IMG/VR virus record: IMGVR_UViG_3300020382_000148 | Coordinates: 1-44,142 of that record | DNA: 44,142 nucleotides | Origin: a virus | Lineage: Duplodnaviria > Caudoviricetes | Strand: one strand, 5' to 3' | Shown here: positions 16,879 through 27,036 of the stretch, piece after piece | How the letters are laid out: each line of letters starts with the position of its first letter | Position numbering within the stretch: the first letter of the stretch is position 1 | Notes under the pieces: generated by a model | The model's input: only the letters and a program-made list of their open reading frames with translations | What the model was told of the DNA's origin: nothing | Databases searched by the model: none | Program-made: the position numbers and the translations under genes

Positions 16879-19800
16879 ATGGCTAAGAAAGATTTAACCA
16901 AGCAAATAGCTGCAAGGCGTGTTGTCTTAGATAACATACAGCCCAAGCAGAAGAAAGTTGTGGACGAATTGTTGGATGAGTTGACTCTCCACGCCCTACA
17001 ACTGCAACAAATAGCAAACAACCAAGACGTTGTGCTTGCTAAGTACTACAAGAAACTATCTGATGAACTTTTAGACAAAGTCAACACATACGATTTCGCT
17101 AGTGCTAAAGGTAACAAACTTAAGGCGAAGTATATTCGATCTCTGATGAAGGAAGGTTCTGAATCTATCGATGCTTCCCACAAACTAATTCAACAAGCTG
17201 TCCGTGACGGCTTAATCTCTGTCGGAGATTTAGAAACACAGTTCGCTGTAGGTTCTATAAACAAGGCAGTGACTGGCACAGGTACAATCAAGATCGCAAG
17301 TGAGACTCTGTCTCCTAAGAAGATCAGTACCATTGCGGACAACTTAATAGTAGAAGGTGTGCCCCAATCTCAGGTTTGGAGACGCCATAGCAAACGTGTA
17401 CAGGAAAAGTTCAAAGACGCTGTGCGAATGTCTTATCAAAACAATGAAGACATAGAGACGCTCTCAGGACGTATCCGTGGAACCTCTGCTAATAAATATA
17501 AGGACGGTATCCTTAATGTATCTAAGAACCAAGCTAATACGTTAGCACGTACTTCGATATCATCTGTATCTAACAGGACTCGTGAAGAGACCTACATAGC
17601 TAACCAAGATGTAATCAAAGGCGTACAGTTCCTAGCTCATCTTGACTCTAACACAACTCCGATATGTATGGCATACTCTGGAGACCAGTGGCTGTTTGAA
17701 GATGGAGGATACAGAAACATCGAAGGTGGTCATGAATTCCGACAACCACCATTGCACTTTAACTGCAGATCCACTATGCTTCCTTTGTTGAAGACTAGTG
17801 CTGAGTTAAAAGCAACTGTCCCAGCAAAATGGGATAGGATTCCAAAAGATAAACGTAAGACAATAGGAAAGATTCTTGGACCAAAGGTTTGTCACAGTCC
17901 CTGTACATACAGAGATGCTGACGAGTGGTTAAAGGGTCAAGACAAGAAGACACGCAAGCAGGTACTTGGATCAGACAAAGCAGTTGAACTGTGGGAAGCT
18001 GGCAAGGTAGCTATGGGACGTTTCGTTACCCAGAAGGGTAGGACGAGAACTCCTGAAGAGGTTGCAGCTCTATATGCGCAGAAGGAACTTGTTCCTGAAA
18101 CCGTACTAAAACTTAAATCAACAGACACTTTCAAGGCTAACGCTGGGGCTTCTAAAGAGGCGTCAGACAGAATTGGAAAGGTTGAGAAGGGAAAGTTCCT
18201 TACTATCGAAGGGAAGCTACAAACAGGGAAGAAGGTGTCACAGGGTGACAAGGATCTTCTGGGTTACATTCTAAAGAATGCTGATCCTACTGAATTTGAA
18301 TACAACAAAGGCTACGGCCCTGCTGACTTCAAAGACTTCATAGGTAACAAAGGTAAGCGACTAGCTTTCTACAACCACACAGCGAAGAGATTCGAGAGAA
18401 TCGAAGGGTTACGTAAAGGTGACCTAACGCTAAGACAAACAAACAAGTTAAACGAGACCGAAAGTTTAGTATACGATGAGATTATTTCTAAGATTTCTAA
18501 AGACACGAGGATTAACTCAGCACATCGAGAGATATTGCTGGAGATGTTCGAAGAGTCTAAAGATATCGTTGGAACTAGACGAAGCGTACCTATGCTAGAG
18601 TCTTTACTAACATTAGCACGTAGCGAGAACTTCTCATTCATTGATGGAGATTTCATAGGCTATATTAATAACTCTCTAAAGAACTCGGTGAACTCATACT
18701 TCAGCAGGTTAGTTAGAGCAGAGATTCGTACGACTGATAGCTTAGAGAAACTGAAGCGTTATGCTTTAGTCTCTGAGTCTGGAAAGACGACAGCCAAAGC
18801 TGCAATAAACAGAGACAAGTCATTCTTGTTAGAGTCCACGCCTACTCTGGCTGAAGCAACCAAATACAAGAAACGTATTACTGCTATCGGCAATAGGAAG
18901 CTAAGAAACTACGCAGGAGAGACGGCAACTGAACTCAGCGTAGACTTGGGACTCAACACTCAAGACACTCTATCCTTATTCTTCGGAGTTCTACAGGATG
19001 GTGTCAGGATGAGGCCCATGAACATTAGCAAGTTCGGCAGAAGGATGAAATCGAAAGAAGTACAATTCGTAATCTCAAGGACAAAACCTGGAGAGAAAAT
19101 TGTAATCAACGATTCAATCCTGAACAACTCTATGTTTGCTAAGTACAAGAATAAAGTATTTTCTGGGCGAGGATTGCCTCCAGAACTCAGGGATGAGTTG
19201 GGAGCTATTTTGCAAGATGCCCAAATGTATCAAGACGCTAGACGTTACATGAAAGGTAAGATCAAGGTTCCCGATACTGAGGTTCCTGATATTTACATTC
19301 GTTCTCAACTTGATAAGTTCCTGACTAACGATACAAAACCTATGCCTCTCATAACATTTATTGAGAAAGTAGATAAGCTGTATGACATGGATGGAACACA
19401 AAGAGCCAATGAACGAGTACGTATGGCTAAGAAAGCTCAGAAAGAACTAGGTAAGCAGGGTGCTTTTACTAGGCTACTGAGAACAGAGAAAGCAATAGAA
19501 CGTAAGCTTGATCTACGAAAGGCTCGTAAGACAGCTGGAGAGGATTGGGAATTAGAATCTGATGGCCCAATACTTCGAGCAACTTATGATAACATAGAGT
19601 CTAGTATAGATCAAGATTACCGTAAGCCTAGTTCTCCTTTTTACAAGGAAGCTAACTTACTAAGAAATGATAATCCTTTAGACCTAGCACGATTAACCAA
19701 CGAGGTTGCGTTATCGTCTACTCAAAAAGGATCAATGTACATCCAAGCTGTTAAAAAGCTAGGTGAGCGATACTACTACAGGTTTCAGAATGTTCTTGAC

Positions 19801-21924
19801 CCAGACGAAGATGATGCTTTGAGGATAGGAAACTATCTCATGAACTCTCTTGTTAAGACTGGAAATGTTAAGAGAATGAAATCGGTACAACGTGTCAAGC
19901 AAGACTTTCAGATCAGAGAAGTTACAGCTTGGACTTTGAAAGCAGACAACCCCGAATGGGAGACTCTGTTATTAGAGAACAAGAAGAACTACGAAGTCGA
20001 TGGTCTGCCTAGATTCAAAGCTCCAAAGTATGGCAGGGGAACTCTGACCAACGGTATCTACGAAGATACTGGTGAAGCCGCTATCCGTGGTTCCAATACG
20101 GACTGGGTAGAACTTCAATACAGGAACGGAAAATCTAAAGCATCGCTTGATAACTTAGACACAGAAGCTGGAACAGCTATCAGGGTTAATGGATATACCT
20201 ATGACGTATTGACAAAGCTCCGAAGCAACGGTGACGAATTTATACCATCTGCTCCTAAGTCGAAGAGGGACGTTGTAACACGAAGCAAGTATGATAGCTT
20301 CAATCGTGCTTTGATAAGTGCCCGAGGATTAAGAGACCAGAAATTCTATAACGGTATGAGCAATGATAAGTATGGACGAACTTACTCTAACGCTAGTGCA
20401 CTACAATGGCAGGGAGACGACTTCAACCGAGGTCTGATGCTCTTTGACAATGCTGTGGAATTAGGTAAAGATGGTAAAGACCATTTTGCCCAAGCGTTTA
20501 TGAACATCTCAGGATTTGATAAGATACCCCTCAGGGAGAGGTTGAAATTGTATGATCTAATAGATGAAGACTTAATACTTAAAACTGCTGCTGACCCATT
20601 CGCCAATGATTGGTGGAGGACGAAGACCAACTGGATTCAGACAGGCGTATTTAAGAATCTGCGAGGAGTGAACGTAAAGTACCAAGTGCCGAAAGGTGAA
20701 GGTGGAACTATGCATGTGCTTGATGAAATCAAGAAACTTGCTGTTGAAGCTGACCCAAGAGGTGATGGTGCACTACAACTTCTAGCGATGATTAAAGAAC
20801 GAGCTGAAATGATCGAGTGGACTAGGGCTGGCAATAAGATCAGCAAGTTCAAGAGTAGAATTCCAGTACAGATAGATGGTACAACAAACGTATTACAGCA
20901 CATAGCAGGAATATCTCGAGACCAGTCTACTGCTTCAGCAGTTAACATGACTGTTCGTAATGGTGTGGCAGACGCCTACATCAAGACTCGAGATGCAGTA
21001 GAACTACTAGCCAAGACCAAGTACGCAGATGACCCTGTCATTCAGAAGTACGTGTTCGAAGGCATGTCTCATAGTAAGAGACGTAAGTCGGTAAAGCATG
21101 GTTTGATGACCAGTCAGTATAACGCTGGCCCATCTACCTTAGGAGGAACCTACTTCGATGCACTCAAAGGCACGGTAATCAATGGAGAGAAAATCTTTGA
21201 TAACCCTACCGCTGGAGAGACACTTCGTATAGGTAGACTCATTCTTGAAGCATCTGAAAACGAGTTCCCAGAGGGATTCAAAACTCGAACAATGTTCAAC
21301 CAACTAGCAGAAGCTCACACACTTTCCAATAAAAAGGAAATTACACTAATAACTCCTAACGTTGGCAACCCGTTCCGTATGACATACTCAAAGACTTCGA
21401 CCAGACAGGTTGAATTGGACGACGGAAAAGGTGGCAAGATTAACGTAGAAGTTAGAGTAGAACTAGATGAGATGGACTGGGCTAAGCAAGAAAGAGCTTT
21501 CGCACCTAACATTATCCACGCATTCGACGCAGAGCATAAATCTCTCGTAGTTAACGCAATGGCTAAGAGGGGCATAGTAGACTTCAGTATGATTCACGAC
21601 AGTTTTGGTGCACACGCAGGTAATATGTCGCTAATGAAAAAGGAAACTAAAGCAGCCTTTGTCAAGATGTACAAACAAGAAAATATACTTGAGAAACTTT
21701 ACAAACACTTTAAGTCGCAAGGCGTAGAGATGGTTAGGTACTCAAGAGATGAATTCGGTCGAAAGATCAAATACACCAATAAAACGGTTCTTTCCAAAGG
21801 ACAATCCGCTCGAGCAGTCGATGGTAGAATTTGGGTAATAGAGGACATCAATAAGGAAGATATACTAGAGATGGGCAGTTACGATTTCCGTGACTTCGAA
21901 AAACTCGACTACTTCTTTCATTAA
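16879..21924 (+). CDS. MuF (SPP1 gp7-like) minor head protein fused to T7-family single-subunit DNA-directed RNA polymerase
   Basis: N-term MuF: ANTLART, AHLDSNTTPIC, PPLHFNCRS. C-term RNAP: DKYGRTY..QGDDFNRGLMLF, motif A PVQIDGTTNVLQH, motif B RKSVKHGLMTSQY, APNIIHAFDA, motif C MIHDSFG, terminal YFFH. Confidence 0.93.
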   Translation: MAKKDLTKQIAARRVVLDNIQPKQKKVVDELLDELTLHALQLQQIANNQDVVLAKYYKKLSDELLDKVNTYDFASAKGNKLKAKYIRSLMKEGSESIDASHKLIQQAVRDGLISVGDLETQFAVGSINKAVTGTGTIKIASETLSPKKISTIADNLIVEGVPQSQVWRRHSKRVQEKFKDAVRMSYQNNEDIETLSGRIRGTSANKYKDGILNVSKNQANTLARTSISSVSNRTREETYIANQDVIKGVQFLAHLDSNTTPICMAYSGDQWLFEDGGYRNIEGGHEFRQPPLHFNCRSTMLPLLKTSAELKATVPAKWDRIPKDKRKTIGKILGPKVCHSPCTYRDADEWLKGQDKKTRKQVLGSDKAVELWEAGKVAMGRFVTQKGRTRTPEEVAALYAQKELVPETVLKLKSTDTFKANAGASKEASDRIGKVEKGKFLTIEGKLQTGKKVSQGDKDLLGYILKNADPTEFEYNKGYGPADFKDFIGNKGKRLAFYNHTAKRFERIEGLRKGDLTLRQTNKLNETESLVYDEIISKISKDTRINSAHREILLEMFEESKDIVGTRRSVPMLESLLTLARSENFSFIDGDFIGYINNSLKNSVNSYFSRLVRAEIRTTDSLEKLKRYALVSESGKTTAKAAINRDKSFLLESTPTLAEATKYKKRITAIGNRKLRNYAGETATELSVDLGLNTQDTLSLFFGVLQDGVRMRPMNISKFGRRMKSKEVQFVISRTKPGEKIVINDSILNNSMFAKYKNKVFSGRGLPPELRDELGAILQDAQMYQDARRYMKGKIKVPDTEVPDIYIRSQLDKFLTNDTKPMPLITFIEKVDKLYDMDGTQRANERVRMAKKAQKELGKQGAFTRLLRTEKAIERKLDLRKARKTAGEDWELESDGPILRATYDNIESSIDQDYRKPSSPFYKEANLLRNDNPLDLARLTNEVALSSTQKGSMYIQAVKKLGERYYYRFQNVLDPDEDDALRIGNYLMNSLVKTGNVKRMKSVQRVKQDFQIREVTAWTLKADNPEWETLLLENKKNYEVDGLPRFKAPKYGRGTLTNGIYEDTGEAAIRGSNTDWVELQYRNGKSKASLDNLDTEAGTAIRVNGYTYDVLTKLRSNGDEFIPSAPKSKRDVVTRSKYDSFNRALISARGLRDQKFYNGMSNDKYGRTYSNASALQWQGDDFNRGLMLFDNAVELGKDGKDHFAQAFMNISGFDKIPLRERLKLYDLIDEDLILKTAADPFANDWWRTKTNWIQTGVFKNLRGVNVKYQVPKGEGGTMHVLDEIKKLAVEADPRGDGALQLLAMIKERAEMIEWTRAGNKISKFKSRIPVQIDGTTNVLQHIAGISRDQSTASAVNMTVRNGVADAYIKTRDAVELLAKTKYADDPVIQKYVFEGMSHSKRRKSVKHGLMTSQYNAGPSTLGGTYFDALKGTVINGEKIFDNPTAGETLRIGRLILEASENEFPEGFKTRTMFNQLAEAHTLSNKKEITLITPNVGNPFRMTYSKTSTRQVELDDGKGGKINVEVRVELDEMDWAKQERAFAPNIIHAFDAEHKSLVVNAMAKRGIVDFSMIHDSFGAHAGNMSLMKKETKAAFVKMYKQENILEKLYKHFKSQGVEMVRYSRDEFGRKIKYTNKTVLSKGQSARAVDGRIWVIEDINKEDILEMGSYDFRDFEKLDYFFH

Positions 21925-21962
21925 ACAATACCCTTATTTCGGGGAAATAGGAGACCACTAAG

Positions 21963-22757
21963 ATGGCTATTAAATATACATATGATGATGTCGCAGACAT
22001 TCCAACAGGCTTTGAAAGCCTATTCACTCAAGACGATGCTGGTGTTTTTACAATGTCAGAAGTCGAGGGTATTGCAGACAAAGGTAAGTTGAACGAGTTT
22101 CGTGAGAACAATATCGATTTGCGTAAGCAGATAGAAGATAATGCGTCTGCTCAAGCTGACCTAGAAAGCAAATTCTCAGGTGTGGATCTGGAAAAGTGGA
22201 AAGAGTTCCAAGAGAAAGAATCAGCAATGGCTGAACAACAGCGCAAGATCGATGACCAAGAACTCATTGACAAAGGCGATGTTGATACACTGATTGATCG
22301 TAGAGTTCAAGAAGTGTTAGCCGCAAAAGATAAGGAGCTTAGCTCATTACGAGGAGACCATGACGGCAAAGTGTCGGGTCTACAAGAGCAGCTCATGAAC
22401 TATGAGAACCAGTTCAGTTCTTTAGTTATCGACAGAGAGTTAGCATCGCTTTCAGCAGACCGTGGAGTAGCAGCATCAGCTGTGGAAGACGTTTTGACGA
22501 GAGGCCGATCTACTTTTAAGGTTGAAGATGGACGCCCTGTTGCATATGATGCAGATGGTTTGAAGATGTACGGTGAAGATGCAATCACACCGCTATCCGT
22601 TGGAGAATGGATAGACGGACTAAGTGATAAAGCTCCACATCTCTTCAATAAGTCTGCAGGAACGGGCATGACTCAGCCGTCAGAAACTTCAGCACCAGTT
22701 CGTGAAAGTGGCAACGCTACTGAAATGATCTTGGCTGGTTTGAAGACTTTGCGTTAA
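21963..22757 (+). CDS. capsid scaffolding protein
   Basis: Acidic coiled coil, KLNEFRENNI, EWI..L...APHLF motif; directly before MCP. Confidence 0.85.
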   Translation: MAIKYTYDDVADIPTGFESLFTQDDAGVFTMSEVEGIADKGKLNEFRENNIDLRKQIEDNASAQADLESKFSGVDLEKWKEFQEKESAMAEQQRKIDDQELIDKGDVDTLIDRRVQEVLAAKDKELSSLRGDHDGKVSGLQEQLMNYENQFSSLVIDRELASLSADRGVAASAVEDVLTRGRSTFKVEDGRPVAYDADGLKMYGEDAITPLSVGEWIDGLSDKAPHLFNKSAGTGMTQPSETSAPVRESGNATEMILAGLKTLR

Positions 22758-22854
22758 ACCTAGTGTCTGGGAGATACTAATTCTATAAGCCTAATTTCAG
22801 GCTAAACTTTAAAACTACCCCAAAAGGGGCAACTACAATTAATGGAGGCCATAC

Positions 22855-24210
22855 ATGGCTATTTCAGGATTAACTCTAGGCACACAACGTGACCTAACAA
22901 ACGACATGCTTGTTAAAGGCATTATTGATTCAATCGTAACTGTAAACCAGTTTTACCAGCACCTTCCTTTCAAAGGAATCCAAGGTAATGCTTTGGCTTA
23001 CAACCGTGAAGCTGTTGGCGTTGATCAGCAAGACCTAGTAAGCGTTATGCGTACTGGTGTTTCTGGTATCAACAAAGATCAACAGACTTTCACTCGCCAC
23101 TCTACTGAGCTTACCACCATCATTGGTGATGCACAAGTAAATGGTTTGATCCAAGCTGTAGGTTCTGACTACAACGATGCTACTGCTGTACAAGTTGCTG
23201 CTAAAGCTAAAGGCGTTGGCCGTAAGTTTATGGATCTTATGATCAACGGACAAGAAGGTTCTGCTACACGTGGCGTTGTCGCTTCTCTAGCATTGACAGG
23301 TACTCCTGCTCTAACTGCTACTTCTGCAACTACTGCTAAGAACTTCTATGATACAGTAATTCAAGGTGCAAACCTTTCTGCTGCTCGTGGAATTACTCCA
23401 ACCTACGACCTAAACGGTTCAGGTGCAGACAACAAAGGCTTCACGCAGGCTAACTTAGTAGCTGATACTGATACTGCAGCTGGCACCAACACTGGCATGA
23501 TCAACGTATATGTAAATGGCGTTGTTCATAAAGGACCATTCGCTTCTGGTACTCCAACTGCCGTTGCTATTACTTTGACTGCTGCTGGTGTTGTTTTGTA
23601 CAACTCTGCTTTACGTCTAGTAAACGGCCCATTAGGTTTTGACGGTCTTGATCGTTTCGTAACCTTAGCTGCTCGTACTACTGCTCCTTCTGCAATCGAC
23701 ATGACTGCTTCTGGTGCTGGTGATACCTTACTATCTCGTCTTGACGAGTACATTGATAACATCCATGACAAAGACGGAATGGTTGATTACATGATGATGA
23801 ACAGTGCTGGCGTACGTAAGTATACCCAAGCCTTGCGTTTATCTAACGCTGCTGGTTTTGATGACGTTATGGAAGTTAAAGATTCTTCTGGTGGTGTCAT
23901 GAAAGTACAATCGTACCGTGGTGTTCCAATCTACCGTAACGATTTCGTTCAATCTACTCTTGCTGAGCAAGCATCTCTTGCTGGCGGTAATGCTGGTGCT
24001 GGCTCTGGTGCTGCACACGTGTTCTGTGGTACTGTAGATGACGGTTCTTTCTCTCACGGTATTTGTGGTCTTACTGCACAAAACTCTTCTGGTATTCAAG
24101 TTGCTAAACTTGGTGCACGTGAAGATGTTGATGCTGAGATTACACGTGTTAAGTGGTATGTCGGTATGGCCAACTTTTCTGAGTTGGGTATTTTCCGCGG
24201 ACAAATCTAA
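22855..24210 (+). CDS. major capsid protein (HK97 fold) with large insertion
   Basis: LPF..IQGNALAYNRE, ING...FDGL, YRGVPI..NDF, TRVKWY.G; strong GGAGG RBS and biased codon usage. Confidence 0.93.
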   Translation: MAISGLTLGTQRDLTNDMLVKGIIDSIVTVNQFYQHLPFKGIQGNALAYNREAVGVDQQDLVSVMRTGVSGINKDQQTFTRHSTELTTIIGDAQVNGLIQAVGSDYNDATAVQVAAKAKGVGRKFMDLMINGQEGSATRGVVASLALTGTPALTATSATTAKNFYDTVIQGANLSAARGITPTYDLNGSGADNKGFTQANLVADTDTAAGTNTGMINVYVNGVVHKGPFASGTPTAVAITLTAAGVVLYNSALRLVNGPLGFDGLDRFVTLAARTTAPSAIDMTASGAGDTLLSRLDEYIDNIHDKDGMVDYMMMNSAGVRKYTQALRLSNAAGFDDVMEVKDSSGGVMKVQSYRGVPIYRNDFVQSTLAEQASLAGGNAGAGSGAAHVFCGTVDDGSFSHGICGLTAQNSSGIQVAKLGAREDVDAEITRVKWYVGMANFSELGIFRGQI

Positions 24211-24237
24211 TAATACTTTAGAAGGAGGGTGTAACCC

Positions 24238-24882
24238 ATGAGTAATAACTTATTCATACCTGCTGTAGTCACTTACGCAGACGAGCTAGTTAGTGGAACG
24301 CTTAACAGCTACAACACTTTTAGCTCAATTCACGAGGCCGATTATTATCATACTCGACGCCTTGGCAATAACGCATACATTGACGCTTCAGAACGCACCC
24401 GTACTTCTGCTCTTTATTGGGCAACAGATATCCTAAATCGTCAAATATGGATCGGTACACCTAGTAGCTCGACACAGAAGCTGGCTTGGCCAAGAAAGTA
24501 TGTCCCCACAAGGAATACTATTAACTTGGATGCCACTTCTAGCCGTAGGCGCAGTAGACATGAGCGAGATGAAAATCTTACTTTGTTTAGCCAATGGCAG
24601 GATGACAAGAAAATCCCCGAGTTCATTAAAGATGCCACGGCAGAATTAGCACTTTACCTCATTGAGCGTGAAGCTGCTGGTGCGACAACTATGAGTCAAT
24701 ACGATGATAGTTTGTCTAATCTGACGTTGGGTGGTATGTCTCTTCAACTGAGAGAGAATCCTGAGTACTTAACAGATATGCCTTATCAGGTATTCTTTAT
24801 AGTCAGTGATTTCTTGAAGTCAGTTAAAGAGTCCGACCCATCAATTAAGCAGGTGCAGTCTGTTAATCTAACGAGGAGGTAG
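24238..24882 (+). CDS. head-tail adaptor (DnaT-like family)
   Basis: AD.YH..R, AL..AT..L, Q.LAWPR, IP..IK.A.AELAL. Confidence 0.8.
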   Translation: MSNNLFIPAVVTYADELVSGTLNSYNTFSSIHEADYYHTRRLGNNAYIDASERTRTSALYWATDILNRQIWIGTPSSSTQKLAWPRKYVPTRNTINLDATSSRRRSRHERDENLTLFSQWQDDKKIPEFIKDATAELALYLIEREAAGATTMSQYDDSLSNLTLGGMSLQLRENPEYLTDMPYQVFFIVSDFLKSVKESDPSIKQVQSVNLTRR

Positions 24883-24884
24883 TA

Positions 24885-25259
24885 ATGGCTATTAATATAC
24901 CAACTACACTCGTCAAGATAGACAAGACGCTTACCGCTCAAAAGCTATATACTCCAGCTACGTTTACTCAGGCAGCATCGACTGCTAGTTCTACTTATAA
25001 TCCTATCACTGGGACGTATAGTAGTTCTGGCAACTCGACTGTTCACAGTTTTAATGTTGTCCTTCTTGACATAGACTACAACTCTTTGAAAGGCGACGAG
25101 TATAACGTGACAGCTAAGATCATGATACTCCCTCAGAACATAACCTTTGAACCCAGCACACGTGATGTGTATTGTATCAAAGGAAAGTTTTGGGACGTAG
25201 ACTCGATCAAGTTATCCCCCCAAGACAGTCTATGGGAGATTACGGTCGGGAGGAAGTAA
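24885..25259 (+). CDS. head-closure protein
   Basis: YNPITG motif, beta-rich, synteny. Confidence 0.7.
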   Translation: MAINIPTTLVKIDKTLTAQKLYTPATFTQAASTASSTYNPITGTYSSSGNSTVHSFNVVLLDIDYNSLKGDEYNVTAKIMILPQNITFEPSTRDVYCIKGKFWDVDSIKLSPQDSLWEITVGRK

Positions 25260-25621
25260 TGGCTAAAAAGATTGATATAAAAAGACTAGGCATGGTGTTG
25301 ACAGATGAGATTCAGAACATATCAGAACTAGAGTTTAAGGCATTAGCTTTCGAACTCTTTGGAGAGATAGTTAAACTGACTCCTGTTGATTCAGGTAGAG
25401 CAAGAGGAAACTGGCACATAACTGCTGGCAGTGCTGACTTCTCTATCGGATCCGACACCTCACCTTCTCAACCTAACTACAATTTAAACGTCAAGGGTTT
25501 TCCTTCAGTGTACATCAGTAATGGTTTACCCTATATGAAAGAACTCGAAGACGGAAGATCACCACAAGCTCCAGACGGTATCTCTAGGGTAGCGTTAGCA
25601 GCTGTGAGGGCAAGGAGATAA
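25259..25621 (+). CDS. HK97 gp10-like tail completion protein
   Basis: TPVDSGRARGNW, YISNGLPY..LE.G.S.QAP.G; start at TAATG 25259. Confidence 0.85.
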   Translation: MAKKIDIKRLGMVLTDEIQNISELEFKALAFELFGEIVKLTPVDSGRARGNWHITAGSADFSIGSDTSPSQPNYNLNVKGFPSVYISNGLPYMKELEDGRSPQAPDGISRVALAAVRARR

Positions 25622-25623
25622 AT

Positions 25624-26085
25624 ATGAGTTATGAAGCTGTACGACAGATCGTTGAAAAACGATTCTTCGACACTTACTCTTCAACAAACGCTAAGGCTCA
25701 TGGAGCGTCAGCATACGTAGAAGGGCACGACTTCGTCCAACCTAGTAAGGACTGTGGTGAACAGTCTAAATCTCTGAACAATGGCTCTTGGCTGGTCTTG
25801 AGCGTAGTGGATGGAGGCTCTAGTATTAGAGCATTCAATAAAGGTATGAGGAAGACATCTGGATTTGTAAGATTCACCCTATACGTAGCAGAAGGTACTG
25901 GTACCAAGAAGCTGCGAGAGTTGGCAGACTATGTCGATTCAATAGTGGGATTTCAGGGAGGAGTTTCTGGAACTACAAATGCTGGCAATCTTTACACACA
26001 AGTCGGTCAATTAAGAAAGCTGACAGACAATGATCTTGGATATTTGAAGTATGCTCTAGATTTCGACTACGACTACTACGAATAA
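25624..26085 (+). CDS. tail terminator protein
   Basis: G.V...LYV..G.GT....ELAD motif; synteny before tail tube. Confidence 0.7.
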   Translation: MSYEAVRQIVEKRFFDTYSSTNAKAHGASAYVEGHDFVQPSKDCGEQSKSLNNGSWLVLSVVDGGSSIRAFNKGMRKTSGFVRFTLYVAEGTGTKKLRELADYVDSIVGFQGGVSGTTNAGNLYTQVGQLRKLTDNDLGYLKYALDFDYDYYE

Positions 26086-26120
26086 AAAATTAACACACAC
26101 AAATTAAATGGAGGCCAAAA

Positions 26121-26942
26121 ATGGCTAATATCTCTTCAAAGTTTGTAACTAGCTTCTCGGAACTATACTTCCGTACAAGTAAACTTACAACTGGTGAAAA
26201 AGCAGCACCAAAAACTTGGTTCGCTGCAACTGGAGCTGGCTCTGCTGCCAAAGTCCAATCTGTAACTGTAACCACTACTACTGCTGTCGCAGGAAATATG
26301 GTTCTTAAAGTAACTAACCCTGTTACTGGTGTAACAAACAGCATTGCTGTTGTAATCGTTGCTGGTGCAAACCAAGCTACTCTTGCTGCTGCAATCAAGG
26401 CTGGTCTAGAAACTGATTCAACTATCACAACTGGTTCTGTCTCTTCTGGTGTATTCTCTGTCACATTTACAGCTGCTGCTGGCAATGCAACAGTAGAAGT
26501 AGAAGACAATCCAGGCGGTGTTACTGTTGTAGTTGCACAAACTACTGCTTTCTCTGCTGGTACTGGTGGTACCCTGTTGATCCCTAACGTTATGGAAGTG
26601 GGAACTCTTTCTAACGAAGCTACTGTAATCGAAACACCTACTTTTGGTGAGACGTTTAAAGGTAAGCTACGTGGTCAGCTAGACGCTGGTCAGTTGGACG
26701 CACAGTTGTACTGGGCTCCACGTAACGCAGTACATCTAGCTATGCGCTCTGCTGCTACTCTAGGAACAGTTTGTTCTTTCGGTATCAAGTGGAAGTCTGA
26801 CGCTGTTGCTACTGATGCTGAATATGTTGTATTCGACGGCTTCTTAAGCTCGTTCGGTATTGACACTTCTTTCGATGATGTTGCTAAAGCAAGTTCTACA
26901 ATGATTGTAGACGGTGCATTAACATTCTCTGACGACAGCTAA
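26121..26942 (+). CDS. major tail tube protein with inserted domain
   Basis: EVG.L.NEA.VIE.PTFG...K.KL.GQ.DAG, FDGF.SSF; strong RBS; followed by terminator. Confidence 0.88.
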   Translation: MANISSKFVTSFSELYFRTSKLTTGEKAAPKTWFAATGAGSAAKVQSVTVTTTTAVAGNMVLKVTNPVTGVTNSIAVVIVAGANQATLAAAIKAGLETDSTITTGSVSSGVFSVTFTAAAGNATVEVEDNPGGVTVVVAQTTAFSAGTGGTLLIPNVMEVGTLSNEATVIETPTFGETFKGKLRGQLDAGQLDAQLYWAPRNAVHLAMRSAATLGTVCSFGIKWKSDAVATDAEYVVFDGFLSSFGIDTSFDDVAKASSTMIVDGALTFSDDS

Positions 26943-26960
26943 GGTTAACACCTAAAACAC

Positions 26961-26996
26961 TATGCCTCCTTCCACTTGGAGGGGGGCGTATTTATT
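26961..26996 (+). terminator. rho-independent terminator
   Basis: TATGCCTCCTTCCA/TGGAGGGGGGCGTA stem followed by TTTATT. Confidence 0.75.
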
Positions 26997-27036
26997 ATCC
27001 AACAAATACTTATATATATATTAAAAGGTAAAGACA

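Noticed and set aside
16879-21924. Family A DNA polymerase or MuF-toxin interpretation
   Set aside because: DxxGR, DG.....QH, APN.IH..D, HDSF and the aromatic C-terminus are RNAP-specific; Pol A has DYSQIELR and HDE
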